Source of the DNA: Minisyncoccota bacterium
GTDB lineage: Bacteria; Patescibacteriota; Minisyncoccia; Phycocordibacterales; UBA6065
Direction: 5' to 3'
Assembly (NCBI GenBank): GCA_035546035.1
Contig: DASZXC010000001.1
Coordinates: 19,538-83,537 of the forward strand
Length of the DNA stretch: 64,000 nt
Shown here: one piece after another, positions 35,400 through 44,240 of the stretch
Position numbering within the stretch: the first letter of the stretch is position 1
Layout: each line of letters starts with the position of its first letter
Notes under the pieces: generated by a model
What the model saw: only the letters and a program-made list of their open reading frames with translations
The model's database searches: none
Told to the model about the DNA's origin: nothing
Made by a program: the position numbers and the translations under genes

Positions 35400-37208
35400 T
35401 TATTCGGCCTTATCATTCAACGAACGCAGCCATGCGCGGTATTTAGCGTCCATCGCTTCGAATCCTTTGGAATTGTCGGCGACTTTCTTTTTGCCGTGGA
35501 CGAGAGATATCTTAGCGTCGAGGCCTATCCTCCCTTTCTGCTTCGGCACCGATTCGAGGCGTTCGATCTTGCGTCGCGCCTCGGCGACGACCGTATCGAG
35601 CGGGCGCGTCACCTCATGAAGGAACGCGGCGGGGCTGAACGCCTTGCCCGTCGCCATTTTGATGAATCTCTTTGACGGATATTTTGCGGCGAACTTCCAG
35701 ACTTTTTTCATCTCCTTTCCGACGTTCGGGTTATCCACGATGTATCCGTATTTCTTGAAAAAGTATTCGCGCCACTGGAATACGCCGAGCTCGGCCAATG
35801 CATAGCCGTGATAGTAGGCGGAACTTTCCCATGAATATATATGGGGGATATTGAGCGCCATGATCGAATCTTCGGCGCGATCGAAATATTTTCGGAACAT
35901 GTCGCGGGCTGTCTTGAGGACGAAATCCCTGGTCGGGTTTTTCGCCTCATATACACGCTTTTCATATTCAGAGACGAACATGATGCTCATAAGGCCGAGC
36001 GGCATCAGAGGATAGACTTTGCGAATCTTCCGCTCGTAAAGATCGAACGGATAGGCTTTGCCGTCCTTGGTACGGGCATAGCGCATCTTCCATTCGACGG
36101 ATGACGATATCGAATCCATGAACATGCTCTGAGTCTCTGCCCATGAAACCGACTGCGGCGGATATTCGGTATTTATGCAGACCTGCCGTTCGGTCGAATT
36201 CAAGAGATGCGCCGCATGGCCGCCTTCATGAAAAAGCGTATGCAGGCCTTCGATGCCTGAGCCGATCTGCCCCGGTATGGCATTGCAGGTGAAATCGCTC
36301 CGACCCGGAACGCGCTTTGAACCCTCATACCCGACCAGCTTCGGCCAATGGCAGAAGCCGTTATTGTATTTTCCTTTGCGATCGAGGAGATCGAGACGTA
36401 TCTCGCCGCCCGCGAAATCGACGCCGAGGCCTTGAAACGTCCTGCCCCAGTACATGAGAGCCTCTTCGAAGCCGAAATACGGATCTTCTTCCTTGATGAA
36501 ACTGCCGGCCATCATGTGATTCATGTTCCAGGGCTTTCGGAGGCCGGGCATGGCCTTTTCGAGCTCGCGGATACTCTTGAACGCATATTTCGTCTTCTTA
36601 TATATAGAGTCGAATATAGAAAAGAGCTCCTTCATCGTCATATCCTCGTCTTGCTTGAGCTTGTAGGCATAGAAATCGCCATAGCCGAGCTCGCGCGCGA
36701 ACCGATTGCGCTTTGCGACTAATTCCACATAGAGATCGAGCGTCGTGAGCGGCAATTTTTGGATCGCATCGAAGCACGCCTTTCGGACGGCCTCGTCGGG
36801 ATTGGTCGAGATGATACTTCCCATCTTATTACTCGACGCTTCGACGAACGCCCCCGTCTTCGGATCAGTATAGCCTTCGGTCCTCGTGGTCTGGATCTTG
36901 TGGATCTTCGCTTCGATCTCGGCGATCTCCTTGCGGAGAGGCGCGAGCTTCGCCGGCGTCTGATAGAGGCTGAAGAATCGCTTCCATTCCATTAAAGCCG
37001 CGCGGGTCGGGCCTTTCGCCTTGGCGAGATATGCGCCGGTCTTTTTAGCGAGGCCGGCGTTTGCCCTGAACGCATCGCGTGCCGCCTGGGCGTCGAGCAT
37101 TTTCGCGTTCATCGCATGGTCGCCCATATGGAATCTCCAAAAAGCCTCTTCGTATGCCGTATGAAGCTTGGCATAGGTCTCGTTCAAATATTTCAGGAAT
37201 TCGTTCAT
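35400..37208 (-). CDS. pepF: M3B oligoendopeptidase F-like zinc metallopeptidase
   Basis: HTLFHEGGHAAH contains the HExxH zinc site. A ~600-aa length is typical of PepF. Confidence 0.75.
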   Translation of the reverse strand: MNEFLKYLNETYAKLHTAYEEAFWRFHMGDHAMNAKMLDAQAARDAFRANAGLAKKTGAYLAKAKGPTRAALMEWKRFFSLYQTPAKLAPLRKEIAEIEAKIHKIQTTRTEGYTDPKTGAFVEASSNKMGSIISTNPDEAVRKACFDAIQKLPLTTLDLYVELVAKRNRFARELGYGDFYAYKLKQDEDMTMKELFSIFDSIYKKTKYAFKSIRELEKAMPGLRKPWNMNHMMAGSFIKEEDPYFGFEEALMYWGRTFQGLGVDFAGGEIRLDLLDRKGKYNNGFCHWPKLVGYEGSKRVPGRSDFTCNAIPGQIGSGIEGLHTLFHEGGHAAHLLNSTERQVCINTEYPPQSVSWAETQSMFMDSISSSVEWKMRYARTKDGKAYPFDLYERKIRKVYPLMPLGLMSIMFVSEYEKRVYEAKNPTRDFVLKTARDMFRKYFDRAEDSIMALNIPHIYSWESSAYYHGYALAELGVFQWREYFFKKYGYIVDNPNVGKEMKKVWKFAAKYPSKRFIKMATGKAFSPAAFLHEVTRPLDTVVAEARRKIERLESVPKQKGRIGLDAKISLVHGKKKVADNSKGFEAMDAKYRAWLRSLNDKAE

Positions 37209-37224
37209 AAGCGTCTGTGCCAGG

Positions 37225-37851
37225 TTATATGTATTTCTTAAGGACTTTGAAATCTTCGAGGAGCTGGCCTTTCATCCCGCCGTTATAGAGCGCGACCGCG
37301 GGATGGTACAAGGCCACGACGGTCACTTCGCCGTATGATGCCGTGCCCTTGAACTCCATGCCGTGGATTTTCGAGACGCTCTGCAGGACGGAGCCGAGGC
37401 CGTATCTCTCGAATATATATTTCATAGAATGGCGGCCGAGCGTCGCGATGACGCGGGGCTTCATTATTTCGATCTGCCGCTCGAGGAACGGCCCGTAGAG
37501 AGCGATCTCTGCGGGTTCAGGGTCGCGATTGCCCGGCGGGCGGTCTTTCACCAGATTGGTGACATAGACTTTGGCGCGGTCCATGCCGATAGACGCGAGC
37601 AATTCGTCGAGGAGCTTGCCCGACCTGCCGCAGAAAGGCTTGGCTGTCTTCGCTTCATTCTCGCCGGGAGCCTCGCCGACGAACATGAGGTGCGCCTCGT
37701 GGCTCCCCTCGCCTATCACGGGGAAATATTTGTTCTGGGTGCGATATGCATAGAGCGGCGACTTTTTGAGGCTCACGACATCGTCGCGGATCTTGCGGAG
37801 CTCGTCGGTATTGGACATAGGATTAGTATAAACGGAGAAAGAAAACTGCAC
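37225..37851 (-). CDS. Uracil-DNA glycosylase, family 4
   Basis: GEGSHEAHLMFVGEAPGENEAKTAKPFCGRSGKLL (motif A, GEAPG) and VYVTNLVKDRPPGNRDP...YHPAV match the family-4 UDG blocks. Confidence 0.8.
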   Translation of the reverse strand: MQFSFSVYTNPMSNTDELRKIRDDVVSLKKSPLYAYRTQNKYFPVIGEGSHEAHLMFVGEAPGENEAKTAKPFCGRSGKLLDELLASIGMDRAKVYVTNLVKDRPPGNRDPEPAEIALYGPFLERQIEIMKPRVIATLGRHSMKYIFERYGLGSVLQSVSKIHGMEFKGTASYGEVTVVALYHPAVALYNGGMKGQLLEDFKVLKKYI

Positions 37852-37880
37852 ACCCTAGCTCGGGGTGTGCAGGAAATCTT
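37842..37880 (-). terminator. Intrinsic terminator between the small ORF and the UDG gene
   Basis: ctgcacacccc-gagcta-ggggtgtgcag followed by ttttctttct on the minus strand. The hairpin loop contains the upstream stop codon. Confidence 0.5.
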
Positions 37881-38118
37881 TGGCATGATGATCGACGAAG
37901 TGGAGAATGAGCTCTTGCTTCGTCGGTTCATGCCCGAGGTCCCGGCGCGCTTCTTCGATATGTTCGGGAGACAAGGCCTGCAGCGTCTGCAGTATATTGT
38001 CTCTCATGATCTCGAGCTCTTGCCGTACATGGCTCGTGATATTCGCGTTCGCGAGCCTCTTCATGCATTCGGCCAGGCCCATACGGAGCCGCGCCTGAGG
38101 AGACGCTAGGTTTTCCAT
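37855..38118 (-). CDS. Hypothetical small helical protein (87 aa)
   Basis: GC3-rich frame starting at MENLASPQ. The longer ORF-track version, extended to 38295, would overlap ogt and is rejected. Confidence 0.45.
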   Translation of the reverse strand: MENLASPQARLRMGLAECMKRLANANITSHVRQELEIMRDNILQTLQALSPEHIEEARRDLGHEPTKQELILHFVDHHAKDFLHTPS

Positions 38119-38161
38119 AGATCGAGGGGTTGGGGTTGAGGTGTAGGGTTTCCGTCTCTTT

Positions 38162-38446
38162 CTAGTATACACCTTCCGCGCGGAGCAAGGCGGCCTTGGC
38201 TTCGGAGCCTTTCGCGCCGCCTCGAATGCCGTTATATCCGCCGATCTTGCCGTCGGATCGCACGACGCGGTGGCACGGGACCGACGTGTCGGCATTGTTC
38301 GCCATGATCATGCCCACGGCGCGGGCCGCGTTGGGATTACCGGCACGCAAGGCGACTTCTTTATACGAAAGCGTCTTGCCCTTCGGTATGTCGCGAACGA
38401 CCTTCTCCACCCGCTCCTTAAAGGAGCCTGTCTGATTTGTTATCAT
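38162..38446 (-). CDS. ogt: Methylated-DNA-protein-cysteine methyltransferase, minimal form with only the C-terminal DNA-binding/active-site domain
   Basis: LSYKEVALRAGNPNAARAVGMIMANN...VPCHRVV carries the PCHR active-site motif and the HTH of MGMT; 94 aa. Confidence 0.75.
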   Translation of the reverse strand: MITNQTGSFKERVEKVVRDIPKGKTLSYKEVALRAGNPNAARAVGMIMANNADTSVPCHRVVRSDGKIGGYNGIRGGAKGSEAKAALLRAEGVY

Positions 38447-39215
38447 CGTTTTTTAATTTAAGTTGGACGTCACGGGCGAATTTTCGGTACATGCAGTGCT
38501 CGCAATTGGAGGACGGCGATGGCAGCTTCTCGGCGTCGAGGCACTTCTTGGCCTTCATGATAGCATCCTCGACCCAAGAATCGTCGCCGACGTGCTCGAT
38601 GAGCGTGACGTCGAATTCGAGCTTCGCGTCGAAGGCTTTTTTGTCCTTGCGGCCGTTCACGTATACGAAGTAGCCCGTGTCGGAGACCTTGAATCCCTTG
38701 CGGCGGAGAAGCCATTGGTATACCTCCATCTGCCGCTTGTACTGGCGGTCCCAGCCGGAATCAGAGAGCGTCTCTATCTTTCCGTCCTTAGACGTCGCTT
38801 TGTAGTCCACGACAATGAGCTCCTCTTTCGGATTGATCCAGACGTCGTCGATCGCGCCGCTGATCGTCAGTCCCGAATTCGGGTCTCCGTACTGGATGCC
38901 GGTGAAATTCGTTCGCCAGTCTTCCAGGTCCTTGTGAGCGAACGGAACGGCCTTCACGCCGTATCTTTCCATGAGCGGATGCGCCGTCTTGCCGGCGCGA
39001 TGTATATCGAATTCTTTTTTAAGGAGCTCGTCGACGGCGATGTTCAGCGTGAACGACGGCCCGCGCGGGCGCGACACGCCGAGCTTGTTGTCTAGGTAGA
39101 AACAGAGCGGGCATTCCATGAAAAGGTCCAGCTTCGAACGCGAAAGCTTCCACTTCGGCCCTCCGTAGTTCCAGTCTTTGCTCCGTATCTGCAGTTTTTT
39201 GACGTATTCGGCCAT
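38418..39215 (-). CDS. Cas4-like PD-(D/E)xK nuclease with Fe-S cysteines (DUF83/RecB-family fold)
   Basis: N-terminal LSRSKLDLFMECPLCFYL (Cas4-type first Cys), catalytic-type D...EELIVVDYK (DxK) and a C-terminal CLDAEKLPSPSSNCEHC cluster. The 3' end overlaps the ogt start by about 28 nt. Confidence 0.6.
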   Translation of the reverse strand: MAEYVKKLQIRSKDWNYGGPKWKLSRSKLDLFMECPLCFYLDNKLGVSRPRGPSFTLNIAVDELLKKEFDIHRAGKTAHPLMERYGVKAVPFAHKDLEDWRTNFTGIQYGDPNSGLTISGAIDDVWINPKEELIVVDYKATSKDGKIETLSDSGWDRQYKRQMEVYQWLLRRKGFKVSDTGYFVYVNGRKDKKAFDAKLEFDVTLIEHVGDDSWVEDAIMKAKKCLDAEKLPSPSSNCEHCMYRKFARDVQLKLKNDDNKSDRLL

Positions 39216-39241
39216 CTTGCTTGGAAATTCTTTAGAAAATC

Positions 39242-40075
39242 TTACGCGCACAGATGCTCGATCTCGAGCAGGACCTGCTTCACCTTTTCCCGCGGGATGC
39301 CATAGCTTACCAGATTGCCGCCGTGGGCCGCTACCTGCTTGCAGAGCACCATGCCCGCATCCAGAAGCGTCCGCTTTTCGGTCTGGGATAGGCTCGTCAG
39401 AGACGTGAGCGGATGCAAGCCTGATTCCTGGATGAGGTCTTCGAGATTACCTTTAGCCGGATAATTCCAGCCGACGAGCGACAGCCCCTTGCATTCAGCG
39501 TAGTGGATGGCCGTATCGGTGAATTTGGTATTAGTGAAGAGCTGGAACGAAGATATCTTACGCTTCACGCCGCCGAAATCGTATTCGCCGTCCTTGAGGT
39601 CGTCCCAGCGCGCCTTCACATAGAGCGCTACCTTCAGATCGGATTTGACGCCGTATTCGTTATGGAATTTCGCTTCGACCATGGCGAGCCCCTTTCCCTT
39701 CCACGCGACGACGTCCACTTCGTGCGGAACGCACGAGCCATAGACGATCTGATCGGTGAGGGCTTCGTACCCTTCTGATTTGAATATCTCGGCGATGAAT
39801 TTCTCGAACGGGAAGCCGTTCGGGCCGAGGTCGGCGATGGCGCGCTTCATGGAATATCGCGCGGCGACCGGCTGGGCATGTTTGCGGAGCATTTCGAACG
39901 CATGGCGGTAGAGCTCTGCCGTGGTCGTCCCGGCGACGAGGTCGCGCTCGACGTGGCGGAGCACGTTTTCAGCCTGGTCTTTCGACGCGCCGGCCTTGCG
40001 GAGAGAGTTGACGAGCTTGGCCGGGTCGAAAGCCTCCTGTTCTCCCGTTGCTTTAACGATCAAAAGGGGGGACAT
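39242..40075 (-). CDS. ATP-cone domain protein fused to a restriction-endonuclease-like (Mrr-like PD-(D/E)xK) domain
   Basis: The N-terminal 85 aa (LLIVKATGEQEAFDPAKLVNSLRKAG...ELYRHAFEMLRK) fit the ATP-cone consensus. The C-terminal domain has HEVDVVAW...LAMVEAKF (D/ExK core). It overlaps the Cas4-like gene by 10 nt. Confidence 0.6.
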   Translation of the reverse strand: MSPLLIVKATGEQEAFDPAKLVNSLRKAGASKDQAENVLRHVERDLVAGTTTAELYRHAFEMLRKHAQPVAARYSMKRAIADLGPNGFPFEKFIAEIFKSEGYEALTDQIVYGSCVPHEVDVVAWKGKGLAMVEAKFHNEYGVKSDLKVALYVKARWDDLKDGEYDFGGVKRKISSFQLFTNTKFTDTAIHYAECKGLSLVGWNYPAKGNLEDLIQESGLHPLTSLTSLSQTEKRTLLDAGMVLCKQVAAHGGNLVSYGIPREKVKQVLLEIEHLCA

Positions 40076-40082
40076 GCCCTGA

Positions 40083-41174
40083 TTATAGCACTATGCCGCC
40101 GCCGAGACAGACATCGTTTTCATAGACGACGATAGATTGGCCGGAAGCGACGATAAGAGGCGCTTCGAATATGATCTTCGAGCCTTGGACCCTGCAGGGC
40201 ATGCGTTCGCCGAGATGGCGGATGCGGGCTGCGTACTTCTTCCCCGCTTCGGGTCTAACCGAGATCCAATTGATAGAGCCGAGCGCGAATTCTCCTTTCT
40301 CAATGGGCAAAGCGCCCGAGGGCGATCGGTGAGAGACGGTAACGATATTTTTTGCAAGATCGCGGGCGATGACATAATACGGCTCGTCATTCGGAGTCGT
40401 CGTCACGACGCTGAATCCGTGGCGTTCGCCGAGGGTCAGGAACATCGCGCCATCGTGCGAACCGATGACACATTCCTTCTCGTCGATAACGTTCCCGCGC
40501 TTCGGCGCGATGTAATGTGAGAGGAATTCCTTGATATCGACTTTTCCTATGAAGCAGAGGCCCTGGCTGTCCCTTTTTTCCGCTACAGGCAGGCCAAATC
40601 TACGCGCGAGACGGCGCGTCTCCGATTTTTCCATGCCGCCGACGGGAAAAAGGGCCTTTGATAGCTCGCGGCGCGTCAGAGTCCACAGAAAATACGACTG
40701 ATCTTTGCCCTGGTCCTTTCCGGCGACGAGTTCGTAGCGGTTTTCCTCGCCTTCCGCGAGACGAACCTGCACATAATGCCCCGTCGCAACCCAGACATCT
40801 TCGCCTGCGGCGCGCTGTCTCATCGCCCAGTCGAAGAATCCGCCGAATTTCACGTGACGATTGCACATGATATCGGGATTCGGCGTCCTTCCCGCCCGAT
40901 ATTCGAAGATCATGTGGTCCACGACTTCCTTTTTATATTCTTTTTCCAGATCGAGCGTCACGAACGGGATGCCGAGATGCGCGCATACGCGCATGGCGTC
41001 GAGGCGGTCTTCGCGCCAGGAACATTCCATCCAGTCGGGCTGCCAGACTTTGATGAAAACGCCCGTCACGTCAAAGCCGCGCTCTTTTAACAGGGCGGCG
41101 GATACCGACGAATCCACGCCGCCTGACATGCCGACGAAAACCCTTCTTTTTGGCGCGCTTGGTTGACTAACCAT
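40083..41174 (-). CDS. mnmA: tRNA-specific 2-thiouridylase
   Basis: VFVGMSGGVDSSVSA is the PP-loop, with NPDIMCN and the other MnmA blocks; 363 aa. Confidence 0.9.
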   Translation of the reverse strand: MVSQPSAPKRRVFVGMSGGVDSSVSAALLKERGFDVTGVFIKVWQPDWMECSWREDRLDAMRVCAHLGIPFVTLDLEKEYKKEVVDHMIFEYRAGRTPNPDIMCNRHVKFGGFFDWAMRQRAAGEDVWVATGHYVQVRLAEGEENRYELVAGKDQGKDQSYFLWTLTRRELSKALFPVGGMEKSETRRLARRFGLPVAEKRDSQGLCFIGKVDIKEFLSHYIAPKRGNVIDEKECVIGSHDGAMFLTLGERHGFSVVTTTPNDEPYYVIARDLAKNIVTVSHRSPSGALPIEKGEFALGSINWISVRPEAGKKYAARIRHLGERMPCRVQGSKIIFEAPLIVASGQSIVVYENDVCLGGGIVL

Positions 41175-41238
41175 GCCTCATAAGTACCATTAATCGAAAC
41201 GTTCTTCAACCTAAACAATAAAAGAAAGGCTACGCCTC

Positions 41239-41787
41239 ATGAGTGTCAGATGTTTACCGATAGAGCACGGCCGACCGGGATTCCGAACGGTCGGAGAGCC
41301 GATTCCCGAACCAAGCAAGGTCATCGTCGGCGATCCGCCGGCCCTCGCGCCGTTCAAGGTCACGTTCGAGCTTTATGGCGGCGAGGATGAGAAAAAGGAT
41401 CCTACCAAGACCTCGCCGGAGCATATCAAGCGATCGATGGAGAAAGCCTATAACCAGAATCTCTGCGGCGAATTCTGGATCAGGCCTGACGGATCGCTCG
41501 TCCGGAGCATGTTCTGGCGGGACATCATGCAGAAGACGATCCTGCAGAAGCCCGTCGTGAGCCTTCGGATCGACTGCTCGGACCTCATCACGGCGCTCAT
41601 GCTCACGAGGCTCGCCGCGTATTCCGGACCGGTGAACCGCATCGATTCGGGATTCAGCTGCGAATCCTGGCGCCTCCTCCTTTCCTGCAAGGAAAGCCCG
41701 GAATGGAACGACCTTCTCCTCTTCTTCGACGGCAGGTTCGTCCTCAAGAGCGTCCTCCTCGAAGCAGTGAAAGGAAAAGCCTGCTGA
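41239..41787 (+). CDS. Hypothetical protein (182 aa) on the plus strand with its own terminator
   Basis: GC3-rich plus-strand frame and no motif recognised. A hairpin terminator follows immediately downstream. Confidence 0.45.
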   Translation: MSVRCLPIEHGRPGFRTVGEPIPEPSKVIVGDPPALAPFKVTFELYGGEDEKKDPTKTSPEHIKRSMEKAYNQNLCGEFWIRPDGSLVRSMFWRDIMQKTILQKPVVSLRIDCSDLITALMLTRLAAYSGPVNRIDSGFSCESWRLLLSCKESPEWNDLLLFFDGRFVLKSVLLEAVKGKAC

Positions 41788-41805
41788 TCGTATATGCCGG
41801 ATGCG

Positions 41806-41835
41806 AGCCGCGCGTCATCGCGCGGCTTTTTTATG
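41806..41835 (+). terminator. Intrinsic terminator
   Basis: agccgcgcg-tcat-cgcgcggct followed by ttttttat. Confidence 0.65.
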
Positions 41836-41852
41836 CGGCTCCCTATCCAAAA

Positions 41853-42908
41853 CTAAAAATCCAGATACTTCGCCTTGTTCAGGACGTGCTCGTCGAGGGT
41901 GACCGCATAGTGCATGTTGCCCTGGTCATCGGAGAGATAGAAATAATATTTCGTCGCTATCGGGTGGATAGTCGCATAGATAGCGTCGAGACCAGGATTG
42001 GCGATGGCCGTCGGCGGCAGGCCTTTGTGTATATAGGTGTTATACGGAGATTCGATGGCAAGGTCGGCGGCCGAAAGGTCGCGGCTGTCCTTCTCGCCGT
42101 TCACAAACGCGAACGCAGAATCCACCTGCAGAGGCATCCCTTCATCGAGGCGCTTCCAGAGGATACCGGCGATCGTCCTGCGCGTCTCGGCCGTTCTCGC
42201 TTCTTCCTCGATGATGGAAGCCATCTTTATGACGTCAGCGGCAGGCCTGCCGAACGCCTGCATGTCTTCGTCGAGCGTCTTGATGCGGTCCTGGTAATTC
42301 GCGAGCATGGCGTCGACGATATCTTGCGCCGTCACGTTCGGCATAAGGAAATACGTGTCGGGAAAGAGATGCCCTTCGTGCCCGGCGGCGATCTTCATGA
42401 AATCGGACCTATCGAATCTGATGAATCTCTTTTCGGCCGCGAAGATGTCGGCGATCTCTTTGGAATTGAGCCCTTCCGGCACGGTCACGCGGATATTGAC
42501 GAATTCAGAGACGCTGTGCGTGAGCCTCCAGGCGATCCATACGGCGTTCTCGGGACGGGAGAAATAATAATCGCCTGCTTGTATACCCTTCGACCCGCCG
42601 AAAAGCACGACGAGGGATTTAAATGCGAATTCAGAGCGTATCGCTCCCCTCTTTCCCAATATCTCGGCCGTTCCCGAAAGGCTTTCCCCGCGGGATATCG
42701 TGACGGTTGCATCGGTCACGGCTTCGGCCTGAATACCGGAAGTCGGCGCAAGGAATCGATGGTATCCGAGCGTCAGGATGATAACAAAAAGAGCTCCGGC
42801 AATGACGAGGTTCTTTCGAGACACATTCCGGGAGAAGCGTCGCTCGGGAGCCGGGAGAAGCTCCTCGCGCGGAGGCTCCGGGATGTATTTAAGCGATCCT
42901 GAATCCAT
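41853..42908 (-). CDS. mltG: Endolytic murein transglycosylase MltG (YceG family)
   Basis: N-terminal TM, then the YceG-like domain with LQVDSAFAFV and SPYNTYIHKGLPPTAIANPG blocks. The start is probably MDSGSLKY at 42908 rather than the overlapping 43010. Confidence 0.75.
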   Translation of the reverse strand: MDSGSLKYIPEPPREELLPAPERRFSRNVSRKNLVIAGALFVIILTLGYHRFLAPTSGIQAEAVTDATVTISRGESLSGTAEILGKRGAIRSEFAFKSLVVLFGGSKGIQAGDYYFSRPENAVWIAWRLTHSVSEFVNIRVTVPEGLNSKEIADIFAAEKRFIRFDRSDFMKIAAGHEGHLFPDTYFLMPNVTAQDIVDAMLANYQDRIKTLDEDMQAFGRPAADVIKMASIIEEEARTAETRRTIAGILWKRLDEGMPLQVDSAFAFVNGEKDSRDLSAADLAIESPYNTYIHKGLPPTAIANPGLDAIYATIHPIATKYYFYLSDDQGNMHYAVTLDEHVLNKAKYLDF

Positions 42909-42909
42909 G

Positions 42910-44223
42910 CTATACGGGAAGATTGTGAGGAGCGTCCGCGCGCTTCGACGGTATGCGATGGAGGCCCGGCGTCTTGACCGCGCTTCCGGGGAAATGATAG
43001 AGAGTGGCAAGCTCTTCGGTGTTAAGGATCATCGGCTTCTGTTTCGGGAATTCGGCGCCCGTATACGGCGGATGAAAGAACGATCGCGCGCAATACATGT
43101 CGAATATGCCCTTTTTCCATTCCGCGAGCTTTTTCCCGTCCTTGTCCTGCCATGGATACGGGAATTCAGCGGCCATCGGCATGAGTCCGTTCAGGTTGTT
43201 CGACCCGAACGGGCGGAACGAGCCTTTGATGATGCCTACGGACAGGCCGCCGCGGCCTTTCGGGATGACGTTTATGCCGCGCACGCCGACGTCGAGGCCG
43301 TATTTGCCGATCGACCGCTCGATCGCCTTGACCGCCTCCTTCTGGGATTCGGTGAGGCGCTCCATATGCACGACCTTCTTGCCGTCCTTCTCTTCGGTGA
43401 CGTCCTTGGCGATCTTGGCGATCTCTTCTTTCGCCGCGACGATCCACGGATCAGGCTGCCGCTTGTTGAAATGGTTCTTCTCGGCCACGTGCGCCCGGGC
43501 GATGAACTGGAACCACACCTGGTCTTCTTTTTTGATCGAAGCCATGACTTCGATGAGGGCCGCGAGAGGATCGACCTTAAACTCCTCTTTCGGATCGTCT
43601 GAGAGGCCGTAATCCACGTACGTCTTTATCGGGTACGGATCAGGCTTGGTCGCCTTGTATTCGCAGCAGTATATGTCGTATTTGTCGAGATTGAGGGCGA
43701 CCTTTTCGGTATAATCCTCGACCTCATGGATGGCGACGTCGGGATACGAGGCGTATATATTGGCCACGAGGAAATTCTTCTGGCCGTCGAAGCACCAGAT
43801 AAAGAACCTGATCTCCCCGTCTATCGAGCAGAGCTCGAGCGAGCACCACGGACGAGCCTTGCCTTCCCAATATCGCTCGATGACCGTTCCCTCGCCGCCG
43901 GTCTGGATGAGGGAATTCAACACGAGCTCCATAGCGGCAGGAGACTTGTACGTCTCCTGCGGAAGCTTGATCTCGAGCACGGTCTTCTTCTGCTTGAGCA
44001 CCCAGGCGAGACGCACATAGGCGACCCAGACATTCCAGGCGTATTCGATGAGGAGCGCAGGCACCCAGAAGACGGCGAAATACGCAACCCATCGGAACGT
44101 CTCCGGAAGAGCGGTCTGAAGCGTAAAATCGAGAAGGGACTGATAGATAGTCACCTCTGGATTATAACAGAAAAGACAGCTTCCTCGAAAAGTCCGCGTC
44201 GCGCGCGGAGAGCCCTTTCTCAA
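42910..44223 (-). CDS. Hypothetical protein (about 437 aa) with an N-terminal hydrophobic segment
   Basis: Long GC3-rich ORF with a possible TM near the N-terminus and no motif recognised. The start codon is uncertain. Confidence 0.4.
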   Translation of the reverse strand: MRKGSPRATRTFRGSCLFCYNPEVTIYQSLLDFTLQTALPETFRWVAYFAVFWVPALLIEYAWNVWVAYVRLAWVLKQKKTVLEIKLPQETYKSPAAMELVLNSLIQTGGEGTVIERYWEGKARPWCSLELCSIDGEIRFFIWCFDGQKNFLVANIYASYPDVAIHEVEDYTEKVALNLDKYDIYCCEYKATKPDPYPIKTYVDYGLSDDPKEEFKVDPLAALIEVMASIKKEDQVWFQFIARAHVAEKNHFNKRQPDPWIVAAKEEIAKIAKDVTEEKDGKKVVHMERLTESQKEAVKAIERSIGKYGLDVGVRGINVIPKGRGGLSVGIIKGSFRPFGSNNLNGLMPMAAEFPYPWQDKDGKKLAEWKKGIFDMYCARSFFHPPYTGAEFPKQKPMILNTEELATLYHFPGSAVKTPGLHRIPSKRADAPHNLPV

Positions 44224-44240
44224 AAGCTGTCTTTTGTGCC

